DNA from: Octopus sinensis
Taxonomy: Eukaryota
Direction: 5' to 3'
Length of the DNA: 64,000 nt
NCBI RefSeq assembly: GCF_006345805.1
Contig: NW_021833238.1
Location: 1 to 64,000, forward strand
The stretch's first letter is position 1; every line of letters begins with the position of its first letter. Made by a program: the position numbers and the translations under genes. Shown piece after piece: positions 1-12,017 of the stretch. The notes below the pieces were generated by a model, which saw only the letters and a program-made list of their open reading frames with translations, ran no database searches and had not been told where the DNA came from.

Positions 1-893
1 ACACACCACCACAACACACCACACACTACACACCACACACACACACACAACACACACACACACATATATATATATATATTATATATATATTATATATATA
101 TATATAATATATATATATAAATACAAGCAGAGACCCAAAGACACACACCAAACAAACGCATACACACATATATATGGAGAAAACCACCAATTGGGCCCAC
201 ATTTATAGCTTATTTTTGAATACAAAGCATGACATAAGAAAAAGGTGACATTCATATCTAAGGGCCGTTACTGATCGGATGCCAAAATGCAATCTATAAA
301 TTAAATGCGAGAATAAAGTTCTTCAATCTTCATAGGGCATTCGAATTAAGGCAACGGATGTTCATCAGAGTGAAAACAGGCGCATACAACATAAACAAAA
401 AGAAGAAGGAAAAGGAGGATAATACAGGTAACAGATTCCGACAGTACATACGGACATTTTATCCCTTAGTCGGTTACTATAACCGCTAATTCAGTTTATA
501 TATATAAATATATATAAGAGTTTTGACTGTTATTTCCAGCAGGTAGATATCCTTAGTATGTCCTTTGATTAATTTTAATCTTTCAGCTATTTAATGCCTG
601 CAATCGCCTATATTATTGATTCTGTTATCATCATTTGTAAATTGTTACACTAGGTAATAACAGATTCAATAGTATCTTCGCAAATTATTTATTCGTGACG
701 TGAATTGGACTACATACAAAAGATTCCTATCCACTCTCCCACCAGACAGATTAAATTTAATCTGTCTTAAATTTAATCTGTCTTGATTATTACTAAACAT
801 GATCACTCAACCGTGTCGGTTCTCTTTTTAGGCGCAAAATATACTGTCATGTAACACTAACGTACGGATGTTATATATAATATTAGAGAAAAT

Positions 894-979
894 ATATATA
901 ATATATAAATTAGAGAAAAAGGCACTATTATGCAATTCAAACAAAAGTGCCTTTTTTCTCTAATTTATATATTATATAT
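894..979. repeat. Fold-back inverted repeat, ~33-bp arms
   Basis: atatataatatataaattagagaaaaaggcact ... agtgccttttttctctaatttatatattatatat. Confidence 0.85.
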
Positions 980-1079
980 TTATATTATTAAATTTGATTT
1001 AATACTAAATTGAATTTTTCCCTGTAAGTTTGGAGTTATACTCCCTAATATCATTATCATATATATGTACACACACATA

Positions 1080-1114
<35 letters not shown>

Positions 1115-1257
1115 ACACACACACATATATATATATAGTTATTGAAATATGTCCTTTGAAAACAAAGTGTAGTGGATTTCAGATAAGTGCTCTTGGTATG
1201 AGAAATGTCTAAAGCCTTAAAAGCTATTTAGAGATTCAATGATTCAATTAGAGCGAT

Positions 1258-1495
1258 TATATATTAGAGAGTAAAAGTAGGGAAAGTTATAGCTTAAAAA
1301 TCACAGTAGAGATAATTCCATATTATAAGCAATATTGCATTAATAAATAAATGGATTAAGTACAGCCATGATCATTAAAAAATTTTTCATGATCATAGCT
1401 GTACTTTATTTATTTATTAATTAATACAATATTGCTTATATTATGGACTTATCTCTACTGTGATTTTTAAGATATAGCTTTTCCTACTTTTGCTC

Positions 1496-1504
<9 letters not shown>
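1258..1504. repeat. ~245-bp imperfect palindrome abutting (TA)n
   Basis: tattagagagtaaaagtagggaaag...gtacagccatgatca mirrored by tgatcatagctgtac...cttttcctacttttgctctctaata. Confidence 0.9.
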
Positions 1505-1542
<38 letters not shown>

Positions 1543-1545
1543 ATA

Positions 1546-1790
1546 CAGTTAATCCAAACAAGAAAACAAAAAAAAAACACAACAACGCGAGGACGTGGAA
1601 CAAATATAGTATTATTGGACGCTCAGGAAAGAAGGGAAGAAGGAGGGTTTAACATTTCGAGCGGAGCTCTTCGTCGGAAACATAGGAGAAGGAAATATCC
1701 CGAGAAGGGAAAACAGAGGAAAAAAAATCGACAACGGTACACGCGAGGTCTCATGAGTTAGAGGTTAAGCAACCATCTACGGGATAATGG
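1546..1790 (-). mobile_element. Penelope-like pLTR fragment with degenerate hammerhead motif
   Basis: Minus strand ccgacgaa-gagc-tcc-gctc-gaaa; shares blocks with 62742-62950; starts at (TA)n. Confidence 0.55.
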
Positions 1791-1927
1791 ATATCCAATA
1801 TACTACTGGATGTATACAGGCTGATGTGTGTCGATTGATTATCGTCTTTATTTTCTTATTTGCCTTACACACAACATATATATAAATATAAGTATAAATA
1901 TCAATATATATTATATATATATATATA

Positions 1928-2320
1928 CTAGGCAGTATCGCCCGGCGTTGCTCGGGTTTTGTAAGGGAATAACTATAAAAAGCATTTTTAGAGAGTTTAG
2001 CCAAAAAATAGCAAAAAATGCATTAAAAATGGAAAAAAAATTATGGTAAATTTTTTTAAATCGTTGACTCATCGTAGACATTTTTGAGAGTTACTTCCCT
2101 TATATTTAAAAAATATGCATTAAAATGGAAAGAAATGATGGTAAATTAGTTTTAAAATCGTAGACCTCATCGTAGACGCGGCGCTAATACCCCGAAGGGC
2201 TTGATATGAATCACGACTATAAGATACCCGGTTATGGTTAAACTGCAACCGCAAAATGTGGGAGTAGTTAGGATCTAAATCGGAGTAGACAGACCCACAC
2301 CTTTCTTTTATATATAAAGA
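1928..2320 (-). mobile_element. Non-autonomous Helitron
   Basis: Minus strand begins TC(tttatatata), ends with hairpin cccgagcaacgccggg then CTAG; inserted between A and T, no TSD; internal ~115-bp duplication. Confidence 0.85.
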
Positions 2321-2412
2321 TATAATATATTATAACAGCGGTGGTGTAATTCACGTTAAGTTGACAGCATACCGCACCTCTCAATCTCTCTCTCTCTCTC
2401 CTCTCTCTCTCT

Positions 2413-2460
<48 letters not shown>

Positions 2461-2468
2461 TATATATA

Positions 2469-3082
2469 TTTAAAATCTTAGGGTAGCAAGAATATTTATC
2501 GAACATTTCTTAGTTACCAGTGGTCTAGCGAGAAGGGAAAAATTTAGTCCATAGATTATACATTATTCAGTGTACATTCAAACACATAAGAGATACCCAG
2601 GAAATGGGATATCTGACTCACTAGAAAGAGCAGTTAAACTCCAAGTCACTAATTGTTGTAATTCCGAAAGTGATTGAAAAATAAAAACTCTTACCTTAAT
2701 TATCCTAGACCCTGCAAGGTTTCTGCAGACTTAAATACAGATTGAAATAAAATAATTTCAATCTATATCTGGCGCTGCGTCTTCAGTAGGTTGACAGGAA
2801 TGAACGCATAGACACGGAGCGATAAATGATCAGCCACGTGTCTATATGCTCTAATTTTTCGAATCCACCGCGCAAATGCGGAACTCAACCGACATTAAAT
2901 AAATAAATTGCCGATTTTCTTCCAAAATTTGCCAAAAAACATTTTATCATTAATTAAAATCTTAGGGTAGCAAGAATATTTATCGAAGAATTTCTTAGAT
3001 ACTAGTAGTCTAGCGAGAAGGTCTAGTGAGTCAGATATCCTATTTCCTGGGTTTCTCTTATGTGTTTGAATGTACACTGTAT
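2469..3082 (-). mobile_element. Penelope-like element fragment (direct repeat plus inverted segment)
   Basis: 2470-2537 repeated at 2954-3021; 3022-3080 is the inverted copy of ~2566-2624; contains a hammerhead; flanked by TA runs. Confidence 0.7.
2704..2790 (-). ncRNA. Type I hammerhead ribozyme motif with extended stem II
   Basis: Minus: CCUA-CUGAAGA-c-GCAG[long hairpin]CUGC-a-GAAA-CCU-UGCA-GGG-UC|UAGG; stems I and III close; 10.1-11.1 pair is a C/A mismatch. Confidence 0.7.
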
Positions 3083-3124
3083 TCTTATATATATAGACAA
3101 ATATACACCCACCACACATATAAG

Positions 3125-3270
3125 TCTGTATTAATTCATTTTTTCATCCTGAAAGGATGAAAGGCAAAGTTGACTACAACGGTATTTGAACTTAGAATGT
3201 AAATGATCGGAACAAATGTCGCAATACAAAACTTCCGACGCTCTAAATATTCAGCCATCTTTCCACTTTC
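3125..3270 (-). mobile_element. SINE type C, degraded
   Basis: gaaaggatgaaaggcaaagttgac...atttgaacttagaatgtaa matches the type C body. Confidence 0.7.
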
Positions 3271-3377
3271 AATAATAATGATAATAATGGAAATACTGAA
3301 AGCTTTAATGATTCCACTAGATTGAGGGCATAATATATCTTCTCTATTATTAATAGATCTTCTATATTATTAATACA

Positions 3378-3632
3378 GTGGAGGCGCGTGGATTAGTGGT
3401 TAGTGTGTCAGCATCATGATCGTAAGATTGTGGTTTCGATTCCTGGACCGGGCGACACGTTGTGTTCTTGAGCAAAACACTTCATTTCACTTTGCTCCAG
3501 TCCACTCAGCTGGCAAAAATGAGTAACGCTGCGATGGACTGGCGTCCTGTCCAGCTGAGGAACACATACGCCATTGAAACCGGGAAACCGGGCCCATGAG
3601 CCTGGCTAGGCTCTAAAAGGGCGCATTTATTA
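3378..3632 (+). mobile_element. tRNA-derived SINE type B (head B, tail beta)
   Basis: Pol III A box tggattagtgg, B box ggtttcgattcc; near-identical to 26487, 41663 and 60278 copies. Confidence 0.9.
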
Positions 3633-3644
3633 ATTTTTTTTAAA

Positions 3645-4410
3645 TTATTGGTACAAGGTCATAACTCTTGAGGGTGTGTGGGAAAGTCGTTTACATCGAA
3701 CCTAGTGCTTGACTGAACTTAATTTTCTTGATTCTTAAAAGGACGAAAGGCGAAGTCGAGTACCGCGGCATGTAAAATAGAACGTAAAGAATCGATAGAA
3801 ATGCATTTTGTCCGACGTGCTAACGGTTCTGCCACTTCGCCGCCTTTACGTATGTATTAATAATGGTTTCAAATTTTGGCGAAAGATCGGCAATTTCCAA
3901 GAGAAGTTATGCTGTTTATATCAATCCCAGTATTCAACTAGTACTTATTTTATCGATTCCGATCGATGAAAGGGAAAATCGACCTCGGTGGAATTTGAAC
4001 ACGGAATGTAAAGATAGTCGAAAACCCGTAAGCATTTTGCCTGGCACGTTCGTGATTCTGCCAGCTCGCCGCCTTCACGTATTTACTAATAATGATTTTA
4101 AATTTTGGCACAGAGCCAGCAATTCGATGGATCGATCCCAGTACTCAACTGGTACATATTATCTCGACTCCGATAGGATGAAAGGCAAAGCCGACCTCGC
4201 GGGAATTTGAACTCAGAACATGAAGATGGATGACATAAGGCTAAGCATTTCGCCTGTCGTTCTAACGATTCTGCCAATTCGCCACCATACATGTATGTAT
4301 TAAAAATCCTTTTCACTGGAGGCACAAGGCTTCATATTTAGGGGGAGGGGACTACATCGACCCCAGTACTTGACTGGTACTTAATTTATCAACCTCTAAA
4401 GGATTAAAGG
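3645..4410 (-). mobile_element. Head-to-tail cluster of ~4 SINE type C copies
   Basis: Repeated aaggcaaagtcgacctcggcggaatttgaactcagaac-like blocks, three ending in ctgccagctcgccgcc-like heads near 3845, 4075 and 4286. Confidence 0.85.
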
Positions 4411-4994
4411 CACATATATGCACATGCACACTTAGACATATATATATATATATATATACACCCACAAAAAAAATACATATACATATAAATATGTATGCGT
4501 ATATATGCATATATATTTATATATACATACATATATATACGTACATGTGTCTATATGTATTTTACGTACATATACACATACATAAAAAACATACATATAT
4601 AAATATATGTGTGTGTATATGTTGTAAGTTTATGTATGTATAATATATCTGCATATATTTATATATAAATGCATAAACATACGTATATGTATGTATATGT
4701 GTGCGTATATATATATATATATATATATTCATATATCAAAAGGATGTGTTATAATACTATTCCACATGTACAAAAACAGCCATACCAACAACCCAACATA
4801 CTCCATCATCAATGTAAAATGCATATAAATGTAGGTACATACATAATAGACATCCGTGCTCATATATTTATCCACAACATGCATACATTTATACATACAC
4901 ATACTTATGCGCATGCATGCATACATACATGCATATATGCATGCATTGCTGTACGTATCATGCTGACACTGAATGCAGTCATATACATATACAC

Positions 4995-5052
<58 letters not shown>

Positions 5053-5611
5053 ATTAATGTACAGCAGCTGTCAGCTGTTCAATAATATATTTCTCCACCA
5101 AACTCACTGGTGGATTCCAGCTACGCTTTCAACAGTCGTTCTATTTCTATCGATCACTTTTCACACACTAATCCTCTAACTTGCAACATCGCATCACTAA
5201 AATTAGATCATTGCATTCAATAATTATTACAGATCGAAGAAGCGTAAGTTAGCTTCGGTAAATATATCAATCTTGATGAAAAAAAGTAAAAATTTAATTA
5301 TGTTGAAACGTAAACCAAAGACTTCCTATCGTTTTGTTATTGATTTTCCTGTCATTTTCTCTTCAACGCTTTAATGAATTTCACACAATCCTTCTTCAAG
5401 GCTGAACGTATTTCTCAAATTCATACAAACTTGTCGAGTTCATAAACTGCAAGAAAATTACAAATTTATTTCATTTTTCTTGACGATATTCGACCTGGAA
5501 AGTTCTTAGGTTATATTTAGGGTTACGCTCGAAATTGAACTGATGTAGCTCACATCTGCACACTGATTTTTATATTGAAAAAATAGCTAAGAGTTTAGTA
5601 ATGCTATGCTA

Positions 5612-6000
5612 GAGTGGAGGCGCAATGGCCCAGTGGTTAGGGCAACGGACTCGCGGTCATAGGATCGCGGTTTCGATTCCCAGACCGGGCGTTGTGAGTG
5701 TTTATTGAGCGAAAACACCTAAAAGCTCCACGAGGCTCCGGCAGGGGATGGTGGTGATCCCTGCTGTACTCTTTCACCACAACTTTCTCTCACTCTTACT
5801 TCCTGTCTCTGTTGTACCTGTATTTCAAAGGGCTGACCTTGTCACTCTCTGTGTCACGCTGAATATCCCCGAGAACTACGTTAAGGGTACACGTGTCTGT
5901 GGAGTGCTCAGCCACTTACACGTTAATTTCACGAGCAGGCTGTTCCGTTGATTCGGATCAACCGGAACCCTCGTCATCGTAACCGACGGAGTGCTTCCAC
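5612..6000 (+). mobile_element. tRNA-derived SINE type A (head A, tail alpha)
   Basis: A box tggcccagtgg, B box ggtttcgattcc; 12-bp TSD aatgctatgcta (5600-5611, 6001-6012). Confidence 0.92.
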
Positions 6001-6018
6001 AATGCTATGCTATGAAAA

Positions 6019-6314
6019 CTGTGAAGGCACGTGGCTTAGTGGTTAGGGTGTCCGACTCACGATCGTAAACTCGCGGGTTCGATACTTGGCGGCGTATTGT
6101 GTCTTTCCGCAAGAAACTTTATAAAATGAGTTGTACCTGTAATTCGATGGGCCAGCCTTGTCACGCTCTCTGTTACACTGAATCTCCCTGAGAATTACGT
6201 TAAGGAGATGCGTGTCTGTGGAGTGCTCAGCCACTTATGTTATTTTCACGAGCAGGCTGTTCCGTCGATCGGATCAACTGGAACCCTCGTCGTCGTAACC
6301 GACGGAGTACCAGT
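6019..6314 (+). mobile_element. SINE with head B and tail alpha
   Basis: gtgaaggcacgtggcttagtggttaggg head followed by the 3' module of type A; TSD-like tatgaaaa on both sides. Confidence 0.8.
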
Positions 6315-6337
6315 TATGAAAATTATATGTACATAGT

Positions 6338-6632
6338 AGTGGCTGAGCGATAAGTAGTTTTCTTAGCAACGACATGATTCTGGGTTCAGTCTCACAGCGT
6401 TGCACCTTGGGCAAGTGTCTTCTACTATAGCCTCGGGCCGACCAAAGCCTTCAGAGTGGATCTGGTAGACAAAAACTGAAAGAAGCCCATCGTATATATA
6501 TATATATATATATATGTTTGTGTATTTGTGTTTGTTCTCCCCCCCCCCACATCACTTGACAACTGATATTGGTGTGTTTACGTCCCCCTGACTTAGCGCT
6601 TCGGCAAAAAAGCAACTGATAACATAAGTGCT
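6338..6632 (+). mobile_element. SINE type D (CORE-like), 3' truncated
   Basis: ccttgggcaagtgtcttctactatagcc block; internal (TA)n; matches 28216 copy. Confidence 0.85.
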
Positions 6633-6927
6633 AGACTTGTGGTGGTTGTATAGCGATGAAGGTAGTGATGGTGGAGCACGGTGGTGGTTGTCGTGTTGCG
6701 ATGGGGATAGTCTTAGAGGAGCGATAGTGGTGGCTGCCTTGTAGGACTGAGTTTTGTCTAGTGATTGTGATGTTTACAATGTAAAGAAAGATATAGGGTT
6801 GTGGTTGTTCCACCATGTCGAATGCTGTAATGTATGGATGGTCGTTATAATGATTCGAGAACATGGACAGTTGAAGTGTAGTAGTGGTTGTTGTGACATT
6901 TATAATAATTTAATGTTGGTTGTATGT

Positions 6928-7230
6928 GTGGAGGTACATGACCTAGTAGTTAGAGCTACAGACACGCGGTCAAAGGATCGAGGGTTCGAATCTCAGATCG
7001 AGCGATGTGTGTGTTTATGAGCGAAACACCTAAGTTCCATGCGGCTCCGGCAGAAGGTAATGGCGAACTTCTGCTGCTTTTTTCGCCACAACTTTCACTC
7101 TTTCCTCCTGCATCTAGCAGGTCACCTGCGACGGACCGGCGTCCCGTCTAGGTAGGGAACTTATACACCAATGAAACCGGGAAACCAACACTTATGAACC
7201 AGGCATGGCTCGGGAAGGAACAAACACAAA
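6928..7230 (+). mobile_element. SINE with head A-like and tail beta-like modules
   Basis: gtgtttatgagcgaaacacctaag...ggctccggcag (A) followed by gcgacggaccggcgtcccgtc...gaaaccgggaaacc (beta). Confidence 0.75.
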
Positions 7231-7286
7231 CACCAACAATGTTGGTTGTATAGTGCCGGCTACAGTGTTGTCATATTTGTGAAGTA

Positions 7287-7502
7287 AGGCGGTGAGCTGG
7301 CAGAAGCGTTAGCACGCCGGGCGAATTGTGTAGCAGTATTTCGTCTGTCTTTGCGTTCTGAGTTAAAATTTCGCCGATGTCGACTTTGTCTTTCATCCTT
7401 TCGAGGTCGATAAATTAAGTACAGTTGCATAATGGGGTCGATCTAATCGACTGGCCCCTCCCCCAAAATTTCGAGCCTTGTGCTCTAGAGTAGAAAAGAA
7501 TA
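7287..7502 (+). mobile_element. SINE type C
   Basis: ggcggtgagctggcagaagcgttagcacgccgggcg...ccccaaaatttcgagccttgtgctctagagtagaaaagaat. Confidence 0.9.
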
Positions 7503-8450
7503 TTTGTGGTGAAGTGATGGTTATAGTGTACAGATGATTCTGATTTAAGTATTAATCTCACGAAGTCTAATCTTTCGGCTAAGCTCCCTATTTTACTGTT
7601 ATACACGTTAAAGAATGTCAAGTCAGATTTAGAGCTGTATATAAGTCTATGAGTTTCCCTCTATATACATTTATGTATGCATATATAGCAGTCACCCCTC
7701 ACTCAACGTTTTTTGGGCAAAGGATGTAACTCTTTATGAAATCGCATCATTTAATTGCCTCCTGCCACATCACTTTGTCTTTCTCATAGCATCCACAGTC
7801 CAAGCGTAGAATTTCATCACCTCCTGTAACAGAGAGTAGTTGCTATTTTTTTCCATACCAGCCACTCTGACGAGTGCAGTTATTAGATATGTATATATAT
7901 ATATGATGTATGTATACACATATAGATAGATATTATGTACACTAAATGAAGCGTATATTACCCAAAATATATTTATTAAAATAAATATGTATTATATACC
8001 AGTGTTCTTATGCTGACTGAACGTATCTTAAATACAAACGAGAATGTTTTTCAGCCAGAAGATGAATGAAAGACGTTTTATCTTTGAAAATACTGACTTC
8101 ACCGCTTTGTGTGCAGATAATTTACGGCAAAAGGTATCATCAAGTCCAAGTTTAATGTATGCTTGGAGCTATAAATCATAAGTATTTCTGAAAGTACAAA
8201 AAAAAAAAAAGAATATTATATTTCATCTTTGCTAAACCTACCACTGGATGAAGTAAAAGATTAGCTTTGAGTAGTTTAAAATTATTTCATATATTTTGAA
8301 CAATTATATACTTCAGTACAATGTTTCGTAGAGCGCTTGATTGTTTAGTTAGCTCTCTGGTCAATTCAGCAAAAAACAAAATTCTTCTTTTAAACAATTA
8401 TGTATGTATGTATGCATGTATGTGTATGTATGTATGTATGTATGTATGTA

Positions 8451-8830
8451 GGAGGCGCAATGGCCCAGTGGTTAGGGCAGCGAACTTGCGGTCGTAGGAT
8501 CGCGGTTTCGATTCCCAGACTGGGCATTGTGAGTGTTTATTGAGCGAAAACACCTAAAGCTCCACGAGGCTCCGGCAGGGGATGTGGTGATCCCCGCTGT
8601 ACTCTTTCACACAACTTTCTCTCACTCTTACTTCCTGTTTCTGTTGTACCTGTATTTCAAAGGGCCGGCCTTGTCACTCTCTGTGTCACGCTGAATATCC
8701 CCGAGAACTACGTTTAGGGTACACGTGTCTGTGGAGTGCTCAGCCACTTACACGTTAATTTCACGAGCAGGCTGTTCCGTTGATCGGATCAACCGGAACC
8801 CTCATCGTCGTAACCGACGGAGTGCTTCCA
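8451..8830 (+). mobile_element. SINE type A inserted in (TATG)n
   Basis: Near-identical to 5612-6000; (TATG)n on both sides. Confidence 0.92.
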
Positions 8831-9000
8831 TGTATGTATGTATGTATGTATGCAGATATATCCATATATATTATATTATACAAACATCTATATATATACA
8901 ATATTCTTGGCATGTGTGCTTGCATATGTACAATTATAAAGATACATACATAGATACGCACATATGTGTATGCATATATATATATTATATATATATATAT

Positions 9001-9290
9001 ATCACGGGATCACGGGACCGACCAGACCATCAGATGTTTTACACATCGCTGGTCACAATGCGTTCGCATTGTTTTAGCCTTCAAATGACGCCACCACGCT
9101 GGTAAGCGAGCAGGCCGACAGAAGAAAGAGTGGTGTGAAAGACAGCAGGGATCACCCACCCCTGCTGGAGCCTCGTGGAGCTTTTAGGTGTTTTTCGCTC
9201 AAAAAAAAACACACTGCCCGGTCTGGTAATCGAAACCGCCATCTGCGACCGCGAGTCCGCTGCCCTAACCACTATGCCATTGCGCCTCCA
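9001..9290 (-). mobile_element. SINE with head A and a distinct tail (epsilon)
   Basis: Head A reverse complement at ~9125-9290; 3' module ends ...ggtctggtcggtcccgtgatcccgtgat and is unrelated to tail alpha. Confidence 0.8.
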
Positions 9291-9322
9291 CACACACACA
9301 CACACGCACACGCACGCACACG

Positions 9323-9376
<54 letters not shown>

Positions 9377-9454
9377 ATTAATAGTTAGGGAATGTAATAA
9401 TTCCAAGCCAATAGGGAAATAAATTCAATTTAGCACACTAAATCAAAATCCACA

Positions 9455-9492
<38 letters not shown>

Positions 9493-9559
9493 TGATGGAA
9501 TAACGAAATAGTGGTTTGTCTCTAAATTATATATATATATATATATATACATATATATA

Positions 9560-10449
9560 CTTAGTCAGATCAATGAGAATCCGGACTGTTACCATAGTAA
9601 CGAAGCTAAAGCACGTAAAGTGAAATCGCTTGGCACAGATTAACCTTAAAGTCTGTTGTGCATGTGCACTAAATTTTAACGTTCAAGCTCACTTCCGCTG
9701 TTTACAGCAGTGCTTGGAAGGAAGACGTGTAACGTGTGATCGTCGCATTGATCATGACAGATAAAGTTGAGCAGAGAATCTGCATCACATTTTACCAAAA
9801 GCCAGGCGATACTTGCTCAGTGGCCTACGCAAAGTTTTCAAAATGTTTCCATCGTTCTCTACATAATCAAGGAGATCTTACGCTACTGAAACCAGTGTGT
9901 CGTTTTCGTTAGCTGAGAGCAGTTTTGGCACAAACGTGGCAGACACGCGTCTCATACCCAAATTGTTAATGATAATGGATTGAAATGGACCGTAACTTAT
10001 CTGCACATCCTCAACTCACGGATGATGATTCGATGAATTCCCCTCACATCTGCACGCACTTCTGCGATGTTTTTCTCAGTTCTTCTGGTTGTGGGTCTCA
10101 CAGAACGTTTGTCAATATTGACATTTTCCGGCCATCTTAGAAACGTCTGAACCACTCATAGACTTGTGTGAGGCTCATATACTCCTCTCCACACACTTTA
10201 TGCAACTTTGCGTAGACGTCTGAGCAGGTATCGCCATGACAACTTTCTCTATCATGGTCAATGCGAGGATCAGATGCTACATACCTTCCTTCCAAGCCCT
10301 GCTGTAACCAGCGGAAGTGCGTTAGAACATTGGAACTTATTGCACATGCACAGCAAAGTTGAAAGTCAATCTTTGCCCGACATCTTCACTTTGCGTGCTT
10401 TAGGTTTGTTACTATGGCAGCGATCTTGATACTTATTGATCATACCTCG
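9560..10449 (-). mobile_element. Mariner derivative made of two inverted 5' ends
   Basis: TA flanks; ~250-290-bp inverted arms; + arm encodes MTDKVEQRICITF; minus strand gives MSLTQVYEWFRRF...LGMRRVSATFVPKLL (HTH and WVPHEL-type linker). Confidence 0.85.
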
Positions 10450-10551
10450 TATTTGTGTGTGTGTGCGCATGTATGTGTGCGTGCACGTCTGTGTGTATGT
10501 ATAGATACACATATATAAATATAAATAAATATATATATATATAATATATTA

Positions 10552-10747
10552 ATTACTATGAAAATGGAAAAACCTAAAACTGTCATGTTATATGACAGTT
10601 TTTGTATGTATGCATGTATGTTTATATATAAATATATAAATATATATATATATATATATTAATTTATATATTATATATAACATACTGCATACATACAAAA
10701 AATGTATATAACATGACAGTTTTAGGTTTTTCCATTTTCATAGTAAT
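10552..10747. repeat. ~195-bp palindrome centred on a TA run
   Basis: attactatgaaaatggaaaaacctaaaactgtcatgttatat ... atataacatgacagttttaggtttttccattttcatagtaat. Confidence 0.9.
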
Positions 10748-11083
10748 TTTTATTAGGTAAACAGCAACTAATTTTCAGTGAATATGACAGGAAGTATGCA
10801 ATACAGAATTCCATAGATCCACGATCAAAATCACCATAGGAACCGGAAATAGATTCCATAAGTAGATTATTTACCGAGAGTTGAAACTATCGATAGTTTT
10901 CACCATGTTTGGTTAATGACTCCAGCCAGGAAATAACCATATTAATGTGAACATTGTTGATGAAAGAGCATTGAAGTTGCATGTCAAAACTACATTTTAG
11001 ATTCATGCATCCGACAGCGTAATTATCAAATATTGCACCGTCAGACTTTTAATAAACACCCATACACGCACACGTACGACGCA

Positions 11084-11116
<33 letters not shown>

Positions 11117-11236
11117 GTGTATACATACATACACACATATGCATGTATAGATACAGAAACACATATGCATATATGTAGGTAGTAACGAATGTGAGAAAGT
11201 GAAAAAGAGAATTTACCTCCATGGTTGTATATAATG

Positions 11237-11750
11237 TTGGGTTGTCCGGAAAGTTCATGCCGATTTTTAAAAGAAAGAAAAAGGTCAATAAATACTTGCC
11301 ATTACCCCAGGTGCTCCTGAACGACGGATTTTGATAGGTTGAGGCTTTCTGCCAATTCTCGAGTTGTGCAACGTGGGTTATTCTCAATTAATGACTTGAT
11401 TTGGTCATCATCTGTAGTGGATGGTCTGCCTAATCGCTCTTCATCAATAAGGCTACAATCTCCAGCTCGGAACCTTGCGAACCACTTCTGTACAGTTCTT
11501 TCGGATAAAGAAACATCACCGTAAACTGCGCATATTTCTTTGGTTGCTTGAACTTTCTTATCTTCCGTTTTAAAGGGTTACAGAATTAACACAGGTTATA
11601 GGAACATAAACCTTCTTCCACGAAAATACAGCTTAAAATGTGCTCTAAATGGAGGTGTAGTCAAATCCTATTTCATGAACAGAAACATGTTCTAAAATAA
11701 GTCGAAAGGTAAGCTACTATAAATCGACACGAACTTTCCGGACAACCCAA
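11237..11750 (-). mobile_element. Internally deleted mariner retaining the N-terminal transposase
   Basis: TIR ttgggttgtccggaaagttc; minus frame ATKEICAVYGDVSLSERTVQKWFARFRAGDCSLIDEERLGRP. Confidence 0.9.
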
Positions 11751-12017
11751 TAATTCTTTTGACTGAATTACTCAGGTGCTTCGCTAACCTTTAGGTAAAT
11801 TTGTCCGATCGACTGGAAAAGTACCTGACTAACAGCAACAAGCAACTATACCTGGCAAAATGTGTACACGCACGCACGCACGCACGAACGTAGACACATT
11901 TAAATGTACGTGTATGTGTGTGAATTTGAAGTGTGTGTGTGCGTGTATATATATGTATGTATTATTTTATATATATATATAATATATATATATATTATAT
12001 ATATATATATATATATA

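Noticed and set aside
5616-5690. tRNA genes at SINE heads
   Set aside because: A and B boxes are present but continue into SINE bodies with TSDs; no complete cloverleaf with terminator.
7690-7830. Minus-strand segment resembling an RTE LINE C-terminus or small exon
   Set aside because: Too short and degenerate to assign.
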